Origin: Coprobacillaceae bacterium
GTDB lineage: Bacteria > Bacillota_I > Bacilli_A > Erysipelotrichales > Coprobacillaceae
DNA length: 32,000 bases
Assembly: GCA_963675515.1 (NCBI GenBank)
Contig: OY776328.1
Coordinates: 810,001 to 842,000, forward strand
Direction: 5' to 3'
In this document: piece after piece, positions 12,581-21,062 of the stretch
Numbering within the stretch: the first letter of the stretch is position 1
Layout: each line of letters begins with the position of its first letter
Translations under genes and position numbers: made by a program
The notes under the pieces: model-generated
Database searches by the model: none
What the model was told of the DNA's origin: nothing
What the model saw: the letters and a program-made list of their open reading frames with translations, nothing else

Positions 12581-13314
12581 ATGGAAAAAGTGAAAGTTAT
12601 ATATCATATGACTGTTTCAATTGATGGCAAGATCACCGGGGATTATCTCAACGATCAAAGAGCTCAGGAAGCCATCTCCTATTATTATGCAAAACACCGC
12701 GAATTTAAAAGCGACGGTTTCATCTGCGGTCGCAAGACAATGGCCTCAAGCTTTGGCCACCTGATGGATGAGAAGGCAAAATTCCCGCAAACGCCAATCG
12801 AATCAAACGAGGACTTTGTCGGCATCCCCAGGCGCGGTTTTATGCCATCGCCATGGATTCCAAAGGCAAACTCAACTGGAAAAATAATGTCATAACCGAC
12901 GACGATCCCGGTTATGATGGGGCCCATCTAATCGAAGTTGTGTGCGAGGATGTGAACCGCCATTACCTGGGTTATCTTCAAAAGCGAAAGGTCTCTTATG
13001 TCTTTGCAGGTAAAACAAAAGTCGATCTTGCACTGCTTCTTACTAAGCTCAAGGACCTGTTTGGCATCAATCTGCTCCTGCTTGAAGGAGGAGGGATAAT
13101 CGGCGGTTCGTTTATTGAAGCCGGCCTGGTCGACGAACTGTCGCTGGTAGTCGCCCCGTTGATCCAGGGAAGCCAGGGACAGGATCTTGCAGTCGCCCAC
13201 AAAGAGCTGGCTGCTTCTTTCAACGCCTTGGCGCCTGTTGTGGTCAAAGCCGATACCCTTTATCTGAGTTTCGTGAAAAAGCGGGTCAAGCATGGTTCCA
13301 TAAATACTATGTAA
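12581..13314 (+). pseudogene. RibD_C / dihydrofolate-reductase-family protein, split by a frameshift
   Basis: Two overlapping ORFs (12581-12895 and 12853-13314) together give one RibD C-terminal-domain protein: VIYHMTVSIDGKITG ... LLLEGGGIIGGSFIEAGLVDELSLVVAPL. Both frames are open over 12772-12895. A T4 run at 12838-12841 would restore ..RGFYAIAMDSKGKLNW.. if it were T5. Confidence 0.7.
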
Positions 13315-13578
13315 CCGGGCAAGGGAATAGTTCCTTTGTCCTTGGTATTACATGATCAAAAAAAGTTCAACAATTAATTGGTGACGATATGGCAAAAAAA
13401 CTTTTTAAGGTAAGATTCCGGTGATGCCGAGGCATTTCATCAGGATTGCGTTGATTAGATCGAAAAAAGTTGATTTGCCTTTTTAAATGAAAATTTGCAC
13501 TTTTGGTAAAATTTGGTAATAAAAGGTGTTTATTTCTAAAAATCGTTGCCATTTTTTTGTTTTTGTATAAAAAAAGAG

Positions 13579-13607
13579 TTGTAATCCTTTTTTTATTATG
13601 GTATCAT
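13579..13607 (+). promoter_or_regulatory. sigma-A promoter of the purK operon
   Basis: TTGTAA (13579-13584), a 17 nt spacer, then the extended -10 TGgTATCAT (TATCAT at 13602-13607). Confidence 0.6.
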
Positions 13608-13614
13608 CAACGCG

Positions 13615-13957
13615 GACAGGTTTAAATAAAAAGACGGGTTAAAAAAACAAAGCTGCCACGGTATTTATTCATATCGGGTGGCCGGTGGATGACTTTGTCA
13701 CACCGGAAATTGCACCGTGACCTGGAGGCAAATCAAAAACATATTGGCTGAAAAGGCCGATATCTGACTATCAAAATGGCCAGAAGCTTTTTTGAGGAAT
13801 TCGAAAAATGAAACCGGCGGCAAGCTGGGAGAATCCAAACGAATTATTTGACTAAAGTTGGAAGACGAATTGAACGGCTAAGGTTGTTCGATAGCGGGCC
13901 AATAACGATGCCTTTTTGGCCTTGTTATTGGGCTTTTTACTAATAGGAGGATGGAAA
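13615..13957 (+). promoter_or_regulatory. long structured 5' leader, candidate riboswitch or attenuator of unassigned class
   Basis: About 340 nt lie between the promoter and the purK start. It contains nested hairpins: CCGGTG-GA-TGAC-ttt-GTCA-CACCGG at 13682-13706, ATATTGGC..GCCGATAT at 13741-13763, and CCGGC-ggcaa-GCTGG followed by GAGAA at 13814-13833. It ends in an intrinsic terminator directly before the Shine-Dalgarno. Confidence 0.45.
13896..13938 (+). terminator. leader (attenuator) terminator immediately upstream of the purK RBS
   Basis: GGGCCAATAACgatGCC-ttttt-GGCcttGTTATTGGGC followed by TTTTT. The AGGAGG Shine-Dalgarno lies at 13945-13950 and the GTG start at 13958. Confidence 0.7.
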
Positions 13958-15127
13958 GTGGCAATTAGAAGTATCAAACAATTAACCCCACCGGCAACAA
14001 TCGGGATTATCGGGGGCGGCCAACTGGGCAAAATGATGTCCCACGAGGCCAAAAAAATGGGATATGATGTGATCATCTATGATCCCAAAGAAAATGCCAT
14101 TGCGGCTCAGGTTTCAAACAGCCAGGTGGTGGGAGGCTTCTCGGACGAGGCGAAGCTTCTTGAATTCGCCAGACAGGTTGATGTCATCACCTACGAATTT
14201 GAACACCTTGATGCCAATGTCCTGGAAAATCTGGAAAACCAAGGTTATCCGATTTATCCAAGCGCGGCGACCTTGAGGATGATCCAAGACAAAAACACCC
14301 AGAAGAAATGGCTTGAAGACATCAAGGTGCCCGTACCGGCAAACTTCCCGGTTTCAACTTATGAGCAACTAGTTGATGCCTTCAACCGATTCAACGGTAA
14401 AATTGTGGTTAAAACCCGCAGGGAAGGTTATGATGGCAAAGGGAATATAATCGTCAAATCCATTGACGATGTAAGATATGCCTATGAGCAGTTCGCGGCT
14501 TTCGACATCATGGTCGAGGAATTCATCGATTTTTCAATGGAAGTTTCGGTAATGCTTGTTAAAAACGAAAGCGAGACTGTCATCTATCCGACTGCTTTCA
14601 ACAACCATGTTGATTCGATCCTGATCAAATCACAGGTTCCAGCCAAGGTATCCGACCATGTGGCATTGCAGATAAGACAAATATCACAGAAGGTTCTCGA
14701 CGAGCTTCAGGACTGTGGAATCTTCTGCATCGAGTTTTTCGTGACCAAAGACCAGCGCGTGCTAGTCAATGAAATAGCCCCAAGACCTCACAATTCCGGA
14801 CATTATACAATCGAAGGCTGTGTGACCAGCCAGTTCGAACAGATTATCCGGGTAATCACCGGATTGCCCCTTGGCTCAAGCGAGCTGATCAATCCAAGTG
14901 TCATGTACAACCTGCTTGGCAGCGAAAACGGCAGATATACGGTAAGAGGACTTGAAGAAGCATTGAAAATCCCCAATTGTCATTTCCATCTCTATGGCAA
15001 AGACATCTCGGGTGTCCAACGGAAGTTGGGCCACCTGACAATTATCGCAAATTCCCTTGATCAGGCGGACAAACTGGCTGACCAAGCATTTGATAAAATT
15101 AAATTTGAAATTAAAGGAGAGAAGTAG
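13958..15127 (+). CDS. purK: N5-carboxyaminoimidazole ribonucleotide synthase (ATP-grasp)
   Basis: The GTG start lies 7 nt after AGGAGG. The longer track ORF would start inside the terminator hairpin. Motifs: IGIIGGGQLGKMM, ITYEFEH, the ATP-grasp core, EIAPRPHNSGH and KLGHLT. Confidence 0.9.
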   Translation: MAIRSIKQLTPPATIGIIGGGQLGKMMSHEAKKMGYDVIIYDPKENAIAAQVSNSQVVGGFSDEAKLLEFARQVDVITYEFEHLDANVLENLENQGYPIYPSAATLRMIQDKNTQKKWLEDIKVPVPANFPVSTYEQLVDAFNRFNGKIVVKTRREGYDGKGNIIVKSIDDVRYAYEQFAAFDIMVEEFIDFSMEVSVMLVKNESETVIYPTAFNNHVDSILIKSQVPAKVSDHVALQIRQISQKVLDELQDCGIFCIEFFVTKDQRVLVNEIAPRPHNSGHYTIEGCVTSQFEQIIRVITGLPLGSSELINPSVMYNLLGSENGRYTVRGLEEALKIPNCHFHLYGKDISGVQRKLGHLTIIANSLDQADKLADQAFDKIKFEIKGEK

Positions 15128-15128
15128 A

Positions 15129-16748
15129 ATGGCAAGAAGATATCCAAGTACAATGGCGACTCAACATCCCGACAACGTTGACAAGTATGTAAGAGTCCAA
15201 AGCGAACCAGATGAAGCGGTGCACATGCTTACACCGGTAGAAAAAGGTGGTTTAGGCATCGATGAAATCATGATCGACTTCGAAGGAAAATTGACACCTT
15301 ATCATCAGCCAAGCCAGGTGGCATTGGGACTGATCAAGGAAGGGGTTATTCCAGGACAAGACGTGAATATCACTCCAAGAATTCCTAACGCTTCCAAAGA
15401 ATCGGCTTTCAGACAGCTGATGAGTATCATGGCCTTGGTTGAAACCAACGTATTGGCTTACCGCCAGTCTGGAGTTCAGGCAATCATCGAAACGGTTGTG
15501 CCAATGATCGAAACAGGTCAGGAGCTCATCGATATCCAGGAGCGGATCAATTCGGTGATCGAACTTGGAAACAGGAACTACGATATCCAGTTCCCGCTTA
15601 ATTCTATGCAGATTGTTCCTTTGATTGAGAGCGTTCCGGCTTTGGTGAATGCCGACAAGATCATCGATGAATATTACCAGGACTGCCTTGCCAAAGGATT
15701 CAAGATGGATGACATCCGCGTGATGTTCGCCCGTTCGGATTCGGCAATGTCATACGGTCTTATCTCAGGGGTATTGGCTGTCCTTCTGGCTGTCGATGCG
15801 ACAAACAAATGGTCTGAGAGAACCAACGTGCCGATCGCACCGATTCTTGGATGTGGCTCATTGCCATTCCGTGGTCACCTGACTTTGGAAAACCTTGAAG
15901 GGTTGATGGAAAACTACGCTGGTGTGCGCACTTACACAGTCCAATCAGGATTGCGCTATGACCATGGCGAAGGCAAAACAATCGAAGTTGCCCGCCGTTT
16001 GAAAGAAGAAGCAATCAAGAAGACACCACGCAAATTCTCTGATGAAGATATCGAAATGATCAAGGAATTCATCGGAATCATGACCAAATACTATACCCGC
16101 ACTTTCGTGAAACTGATCGAGACTGTGAACGTGGTAGCCCAATACATGCCTAAAAACCGTGACCGTCTGGCGGCATCGAAACACAACATCGATTACGTCC
16201 GTGAAGCGGCCAACCTTGACGACATCATCGCCCTGGTAAAAGACGAAGAGCTGATCAAGGAACTTAAATCAATCGACACAAGAGTGACTTGTTCGGTGCC
16301 ACGTGCCATTTCATATACAGCGGCTCTTTATACGCTTGGTACACCACCTGAGTTCATCGGGACCGGACGCTGCCTGGCGGAAATCAAGGAAAAATTTGGT
16401 CAAAAGGGAATCGACAAACTGGTTGAATTCTACCCTGGTTTAAAAGCCGACCTGAACTTCGCCGGGAAATATGTCAATGTCCATGCGGCCAAGGGAATCA
16501 TCGACGAGGAATCACGCCAGGAATACCTGACTGATTTCAAAAATGCCTGCGAAATCCTGGAACTTGACATCGATATCACAGGTGATCATGAAGATGAATT
16601 CTACCACACATTGCTCAACTCGACCCGTCCGATCCTGTTGCACATCATCGGGAAACAAGAAGACATGTTCGACAGCCAACAAGAAGAAAACAAGATCATG
16701 AACGAGTGGATCAAGAAAATGGGTAAAATCCGCGGAAGTTTGGGATAG
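15129..16748 (+). CDS. pepcA: archaeal-type phosphoenolpyruvate carboxylase (PEPcase_2 family)
   Basis: The start [16 protein letters not shown] lies 1 nt after the purK stop, with an AAGGAGAG Shine-Dalgarno. The protein is colinear with the atypical PEPC of Clostridium perfringens and archaea as I remember it. Matching stretches: [69 protein letters not shown] and the C-terminal NEWI..MGK.RGS.G. Confidence 0.9.
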   Translation: MARRYPSTMATQHPDNVDKYVRVQSEPDEAVHMLTPVEKGGLGIDEIMIDFEGKLTPYHQPSQVALGLIKEGVIPGQDVNITPRIPNASKESAFRQLMSIMALVETNVLAYRQSGVQAIIETVVPMIETGQELIDIQERINSVIELGNRNYDIQFPLNSMQIVPLIESVPALVNADKIIDEYYQDCLAKGFKMDDIRVMFARSDSAMSYGLISGVLAVLLAVDATNKWSERTNVPIAPILGCGSLPFRGHLTLENLEGLMENYAGVRTYTVQSGLRYDHGEGKTIEVARRLKEEAIKKTPRKFSDEDIEMIKEFIGIMTKYYTRTFVKLIETVNVVAQYMPKNRDRLAASKHNIDYVREAANLDDIIALVKDEELIKELKSIDTRVTCSVPRAISYTAALYTLGTPPEFIGTGRCLAEIKEKFGQKGIDKLVEFYPGLKADLNFAGKYVNVHAAKGIIDEESRQEYLTDFKNACEILELDIDITGDHEDEFYHTLLNSTRPILLHIIGKQEDMFDSQQEENKIMNEWIKKMGKIRGSLG

Positions 16749-16783
16749 AAAAAATTACACGTTACATGCGGGAGGAAAATACG

Positions 16784-17308
16784 ATGGCTATAACAGAAAC
16801 AACTAGCGCTAAAGTCGCAATAATAATGGGAAGCGATTCAGATTTGAGAATCATGAAAGATGCAGCACAAGTAATGGAGGAATTGAATATTCCTTATGAA
16901 ATCAAGGTTGTCTCGGCACACCGCACTCCTGAACGCATGGTCGAATACGGGAAGACCGCAAAGCAAAGAGGGATCGATGTGATCATCGCCGGTGCCGGTG
17001 GGGCAGCCCACCTTCCGGGAATGGTTGCGGCCTTGACATCTTTGCCGGTGATCGGAGTTCCGGTCAAACTCAAAGAACTTGACGGGATGGATTCCCTGCT
17101 TTCAATCGTCCAGATGCCAAAAGGCGTTCCGGTCGCCACTGTCGGCATCAACAATGCCAGAAATGCCGGTCTGCTTGGAGCTCGAATCATCGGAATCAAA
17201 TATCCGGAAGTTAACCAACAGCTTGAGGCCAACACCCAAAGCATAAAAGACAACCTGATCTACGATTTGGAAGACAAATTGAAAGAGGCTTGGGACGCGA
17301 ATGGATAA
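16784..17308 (+). CDS. purE: N5-carboxyaminoimidazole ribonucleotide mutase (class I PurE)
   Basis: The start MAITETT follows a GGGAGGA Shine-Dalgarno. Motifs: [44 protein letters not shown] and SIVQMP.GVPVATV. Confidence 0.92.
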   Translation: MAITETTSAKVAIIMGSDSDLRIMKDAAQVMEELNIPYEIKVVSAHRTPERMVEYGKTAKQRGIDVIIAGAGGAAHLPGMVAALTSLPVIGVPVKLKELDGMDSLLSIVQMPKGVPVATVGINNARNAGLLGARIIGIKYPEVNQQLEANTQSIKDNLIYDLEDKLKEAWDANG

Positions 17309-18515
17309 AGGCCGACCGAGCAGAACCGTAGAAAATTCGAAAAAGTACCGCTGGCTCTTTGTCGTGCTGGGAATTGCGATCATGCTTTTTTTGGGGACGG
17401 TGTATTCCTACAGCGTCTTCAGGATTGCAATCGAGAATAAGTTCGACATTCACGTGACCCAGAGCGGTCTGCCCTACATGATGGCATTGAGTTCTTATGC
17501 ATTGTTCATGTTTTTGACAGGACGCCATATCGAAAGCTACAAACCGCGCAATATCCTGCTTATCGGTGGTTTCCTGGTTGCTTCAGGCTGGATCCTTTCC
17601 GCCTTTGCGCCGAATATCTATGTTTTCACGCTTACTTATGGAATGATCTCGGGGGCCGGGGTCGGAATCGCCTATGGCATTCCGATGACCGTTGTTTCCA
17701 AATGGTTTCCAGAAAACAAGGGAGTCATGGTCGGGATTGTCCTGATCGGATTCGGTCTTTCACCGCTGATCAGTGCGCCGATCATCCGGATATTGATGGG
17801 TTATCTGGGACTGATGAACACATTCCTCGCTTTGGGAGTCGCATTTATGGTGCTGTTGCCCCTGCTGGCATTCCCGTTCGCCTATCCTCACAGCGACGGT
17901 ACAGGCGACCATGATATCGAACATGAAAAAGGACTGACAACGATCCAGATGGTAAAGACCCGGGAATTCAAGGGAGTTTACCTCAACTTCATCTTCGGGA
18001 CAATGGTCGGGCTGACGTTGGTTGGAATGACTTCGAAAATCGGGATTGAATTCATCGGATTGGATTCAAACCAGGTAATGCCGTTGCTTTCGCTCTTTGC
18101 GGTTTTCAACGGACTGGGAAGACCGGCATTTGGCTGGCTTACCGACCGGGTCCATCCCCGCAACGCCATGCTGCTTTCATATGCCTTGATCGCTTTTGCG
18201 AGCATCCTGCTTATAGTGAGCGGCAGCGAACATCTGTTTATCTACGTTATAGCCTTTTGCATCTACTGGTTCAATCTTGGAGGCTGGCTGGCTATTGCGC
18301 CCACTTCCACGATGCAACTTTTTGGATTCAAGTATTATTCGAAAAACTACGGCCTTGTTTTCACTGCCTATGGAATCGGAGCGATTCTGGGGGTCCTGTC
18401 TTCGGGCATGATCCTGGATATCCAGCATAATTATTACCTGATATTCTATTACCTGGTCATCCTCTGTGTTCTCGGTGTGACCAGTTCCCTGGTATTTTTC
18501 AGGGAGAAGAAATAA
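17301..18515 (+). CDS. MFS transporter, oxalate/formate antiporter (OFA) family-like
   Basis: 404 aa with 12 predicted TM segments. The N-terminus ([25 protein letters not shown]) is typical of OFA-type MFS proteins. The ATG overlaps the purE stop (ATGGATAA). Confidence 0.8.
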   Translation: MDKGRPSRTVENSKKYRWLFVVLGIAIMLFLGTVYSYSVFRIAIENKFDIHVTQSGLPYMMALSSYALFMFLTGRHIESYKPRNILLIGGFLVASGWILSAFAPNIYVFTLTYGMISGAGVGIAYGIPMTVVSKWFPENKGVMVGIVLIGFGLSPLISAPIIRILMGYLGLMNTFLALGVAFMVLLPLLAFPFAYPHSDGTGDHDIEHEKGLTTIQMVKTREFKGVYLNFIFGTMVGLTLVGMTSKIGIEFIGLDSNQVMPLLSLFAVFNGLGRPAFGWLTDRVHPRNAMLLSYALIAFASILLIVSGSEHLFIYVIAFCIYWFNLGGWLAIAPTSTMQLFGFKYYSKNYGLVFTAYGIGAILGVLSSGMILDIQHNYYLIFYYLVILCVLGVTSSLVFFREKK

Positions 18516-18518
18516 TTC

Positions 18519-18549
18519 AAGTCCGGCTTTTGCCGGACTTTTGTGTTTT
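18519..18549 (+). terminator. rho-independent terminator of the purK-pepcA-purE-MFS operon
   Basis: AAGTCCGGC-tttt-GCCGGACTT followed by TTGTGTTTT. Confidence 0.85.
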
Positions 18550-18623
18550 CATTTCACTATTTTGAAATTATTATATGTAAGCCCTTTGATTGTGTTAGAA
18601 TGACATGAAAAGAGGGCGAAAAA

Positions 18624-19019
18624 ATGATAAAAATATTGTTGTGTTGCGGTGGGGGCTTTTCATCAAGCTATATCACCGAAAAATTGAAGAAACAAATATT
18701 GGCCAACAAGCTCGAAAACGAGGTTTCCATCGAATATTCTCCGTTTTCACTGGGATTGAAGAGCGCTGGCGACTATGACATAATGGTGTGCTGTCCCCAT
18801 CTGAACATCTCAATCAAGCAGGCGATCAAGGATGACCGGGCCCCGATTCCCATCTACATCCTGCCCCCAAGAATGTATGGCCTGATGGACATAAAGGAAA
18901 TATACCACGATGTCAAGGATCTCCTTGTCATCCATGAACTGACAAAAATCAATCCGGTCCATTTCGCCGGGGAGGAAAATCCGCTTCGCATCACCAGAAC
19001 CAAAGCCTACAACCGCTAA
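18624..19019 (+). CDS. PTS IIB component, lactose/cellobiose type, with a C-terminal extension
   Basis: 131 aa. It opens MIKILLCCGGGFSSSYITEKLKK (the active-site Cys loop of PTS_IIB). It is about 25-30 aa longer than the usual ~100 aa IIB. No IIC or IIA gene is present in the window. Confidence 0.7.
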   Translation: MIKILLCCGGGFSSSYITEKLKKQILANKLENEVSIEYSPFSLGLKSAGDYDIMVCCPHLNISIKQAIKDDRAPIPIYILPPRMYGLMDIKEIYHDVKDLLVIHELTKINPVHFAGEENPLRITRTKAYNR

Positions 19020-19050
19020 GAACCCCGATCAGTCGGGGTTCTTTATTCTT
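19020..19050. terminator. bidirectional terminator shared by the convergent IIB and RpiR genes
   Basis: GAACCCCGA-tcag-TCGGGGTTC followed by TTTATTCTT on the + strand. The RpiR stop codon (19029-19031) lies in the loop. Confidence 0.7.
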
Positions 19051-19886
19051 AGCTTCTGGTAGTTGGCCAGTTTGCGGGCCACATTGTTTTCGTAGTCCTT
19101 CTCGAAATAATAGACGTAGATGCAATCAAGCAAAAAAAGCAGGGAAAGCCGGGTGGAGAATGACGATATCTTGTGATAGTGGCTTTCCTGGGAGCTTAGA
19201 TACAGCGGATAGGTCGCGAATTTGCTTATCGGGTTTGCATTGGTCGATGAGATCAGGATGATCGGAGTGTGGTTCATTTTCAGGGTCCTGGCGATATGGC
19301 CGATTATCTCACCGCGGCCCTCGAAGGACATGATGATGGCGATGCCGTCTTTTTTTGAGTTGGCGGCAGCGAGTCGCTGCTGGTACTCCTCGACTTGCAC
19401 GTTGACAAAGATGCCGATCTCCGCCATCTGGAACATGAAGTTCTGGGCGAAATAGATATTGCCAGCGGACGTGAAAAAATCGATGTGCCGGGCGTGTTTG
19501 AGGGCATCGGCGATCTTGAGGAGCTGGCGGTGGTCGACCAGGTTTTCAGTGTTGATGAGGGTCTGGTCGTAGAGCTCCTTCATCTTGGAGACTATCTGGC
19601 TGTGGATCTCGTTTGATCTGATGGGATAATTGTAATCGAGACTGCTTATCTGCTTCTGGTACTCGTCGATTGAAGAGGAAACCAGGATCTTCAATTCGCT
19701 CAGTCCCGAAAGGTCGAGCTTGGTGCACAGCCGGTATATTGTCGATGTCGAGATAAAACATTCCTTGGCAATCCTGGCTGCGTTGTACTTGACGAAATTG
19801 TCAGGCTCTTTGAGCATGTATTCCACCAGGGTTTTCTCGCTCTGGGTCAGGTTGGTCAGCTGGTTGAGTCGGTTGAATATGTTCAT
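19029..19886 (-). CDS. MurR/RpiR family transcriptional regulator (HTH plus SIS domain)
   Basis: 285 aa. The N-terminal RpiR HTH reads LTQSEKTLVEYMLKEP......NAARIAKECFISTSTIYRLCTKL. The C-terminal sugar-isomerase (SIS) fold shows the FFTSAGN and ISFEGRGE patterns. Confidence 0.85.
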   Translation of the reverse strand: MNIFNRLNQLTNLTQSEKTLVEYMLKEPDNFVKYNAARIAKECFISTSTIYRLCTKLDLSGLSELKILVSSSIDEYQKQISSLDYNYPIRSNEIHSQIVSKMKELYDQTLINTENLVDHRQLLKIADALKHARHIDFFTSAGNIYFAQNFMFQMAEIGIFVNVQVEEYQQRLAAANSKKDGIAIIMSFEGRGEIIGHIARTLKMNHTPIILISSTNANPISKFATYPLYLSSQESHYHKISSFSTRLSLLFLLDCIYVYYFEKDYENNVARKLANYQKLRIKNPD

Positions 19887-19934
19887 AAAATCACCTCACC
19901 TAATTATAACCCAAATTATTGCATTTTTGCTTTC

Positions 19935-19963
19935 AAAAAAAGAAACAGCCCGGTTTCCCGGGC
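19935..19963 (-). terminator. rho-independent terminator of the HAD hydrolase gene
   Basis: On the minus strand: GCCCGG-gaaa-CCGGGC followed by TGTTTCTTTTTTT. Confidence 0.75.
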
Positions 19964-19987
19964 AATAAACAAAAAAGTATCGTCAAT

Positions 19988-20824
19988 TTAGAAATAGCGG
20001 TTTAAAATGTGGGCGATGCCATCTTCGTCGTTCGAAAGAGTCACCTCATTGGCTAGCTCCTTCAAATCGGAAACAGCGTTGGCCATGGCGACTCCGTGAT
20101 GGGCATAAGCCACCATGGTCGCATCATTGTGCCCATCGCCAAAGGCGATCATCTGTTCTGGGGTGTAGCCCATCGGTTTGAGGATGGTGTCAAGCGCTTT
20201 GGCCTTGTCGATGCCATTGGCGGTGAATTCGAAGTAGAAATCACCGGTGAAGACGCAGTTGAGGCGGTCCTTGAACGGTTCCATCATCGCCTGGTAGTTT
20301 TCCTGGAGATACTCCGGATCACCGGCAGTAAGGATCTTGTTGAGTGGGTAGTCGGCAAACTTGGCCAGGTCGTTAATCTCGCAAAGCTGGAATTTGCCGC
20401 CCCGTGATTCGTATTCGATCACATTGAAAGGTGCGCCTTTATAGCTTATATAATTGTCATAAACGTTGTTGACATACATGTATTCACCTTTGTCAATCAT
20501 CGGCTTCACTTCGAATTGCTTGAGATGTTCCAGTACTTCCTGACCATCGGTTACGGTCATCGTCTGGTTGAACAGGACTTCATTGGTCTGGGCGTTGACA
20601 ACTTTCGAACCGTTGAAGCTCACAAGAAGACCGTTGTTTTTGTCCATCTCCAGTTGAGCTGCGAAATCTACCAGTCCCGAGGTCGGACGGCCTGAGGCCA
20701 GGATCAACAGGGCCCCTTGGCGTTGGGCGTTCAATAAGGCTTCTTTGGTTTTGGGAGTGATGGTTTTCTTGGAATTTGTCAGGGTTCCATCGACATCCAT
20801 GATTATTACTTTGATATCTTTCAT
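19988..20824 (-). CDS. Cof-type HAD-IIB family hydrolase (sugar-phosphate phosphatase type)
   Basis: 278 aa. HAD motifs: IIMDVDGTL, ASGRP and FGDGHND. Confidence 0.85.
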   Translation of the reverse strand: MKDIKVIIMDVDGTLTNSKKTITPKTKEALLNAQRQGALLILASGRPTSGLVDFAAQLEMDKNNGLLVSFNGSKVVNAQTNEVLFNQTMTVTDGQEVLEHLKQFEVKPMIDKGEYMYVNNVYDNYISYKGAPFNVIEYESRGGKFQLCEINDLAKFADYPLNKILTAGDPEYLQENYQAMMEPFKDRLNCVFTGDFYFEFTANGIDKAKALDTILKPMGYTPEQMIAFGDGHNDATMVAYAHHGVAMANAVSDLKELANEVTLSNDEDGIAHILNRYF

Positions 20825-20984
20825 AAGTCCTCCTTAGACAACCATATTATATATCACCGTACTTGTTTCCAGAATAGTCCAAGGCTTCTTTGACACATTA
20901 GACGCACAGATTGATTGTGGTTAAAGCAAATTTTGCGACAATTATCGCATAAGTAAGGTAAAGAAATATTTACAAGCCTACATA

Positions 20985-21013
20985 TTGATTATTGTCGATA
21001 TGTATGCTATCAT
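20985..21013 (+). promoter_or_regulatory. sigma-A promoter of the ACR3 gene
   Basis: TTGATT (20985-20990), a 17 nt spacer, then TATCAT (21008-21013). Confidence 0.5.
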
Positions 21014-21062
21014 CTCCTTACAAATAGATACATTATCTGATGTGATGAAAAGAGGTTGTTAT

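Noticed and set aside
12853-13314. The internal Met at 12853 as the start of an independent 153 aa gene.
   Set aside because: It has no Shine-Dalgarno and overlaps the upstream ORF. The two halves together reconstitute one RibD_C-family protein, so a frameshift is the simpler reading.
13367-13552. A 61 aa minus-strand ORF in the AT-rich spacer upstream of the purK promoter. The similar small ORFs at 6957-7163 and 8389-8601, inside the IS110 flanks, belong with it.
   Set aside because: They are AT-rich intergenic or IS non-coding regions. They have no Shine-Dalgarno, no recognisable domains, and lengths typical of random ORFs.
13808-13855. A possible 15-codon leader peptide (MKPAASWENPNELFD) with a GAGGAA Shine-Dalgarno in the purK leader.
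   Set aside because: It has no run of regulatory codons and no evident ribosome-controlled alternative pairing with the terminator. It overlaps one of the leader hairpins. I keep it only as a remote alternative to a riboswitch.
13615-13900. A canonical guanine/adenine riboswitch, a ZTP (pfl) riboswitch or a T-box in the purK leader.
   Set aside because: The conserved junction and loop sequences of these classes, as I recall them, are not present in order. Only a GACUAU-like hexamer and loose GUGAC/UGG similarities are seen.
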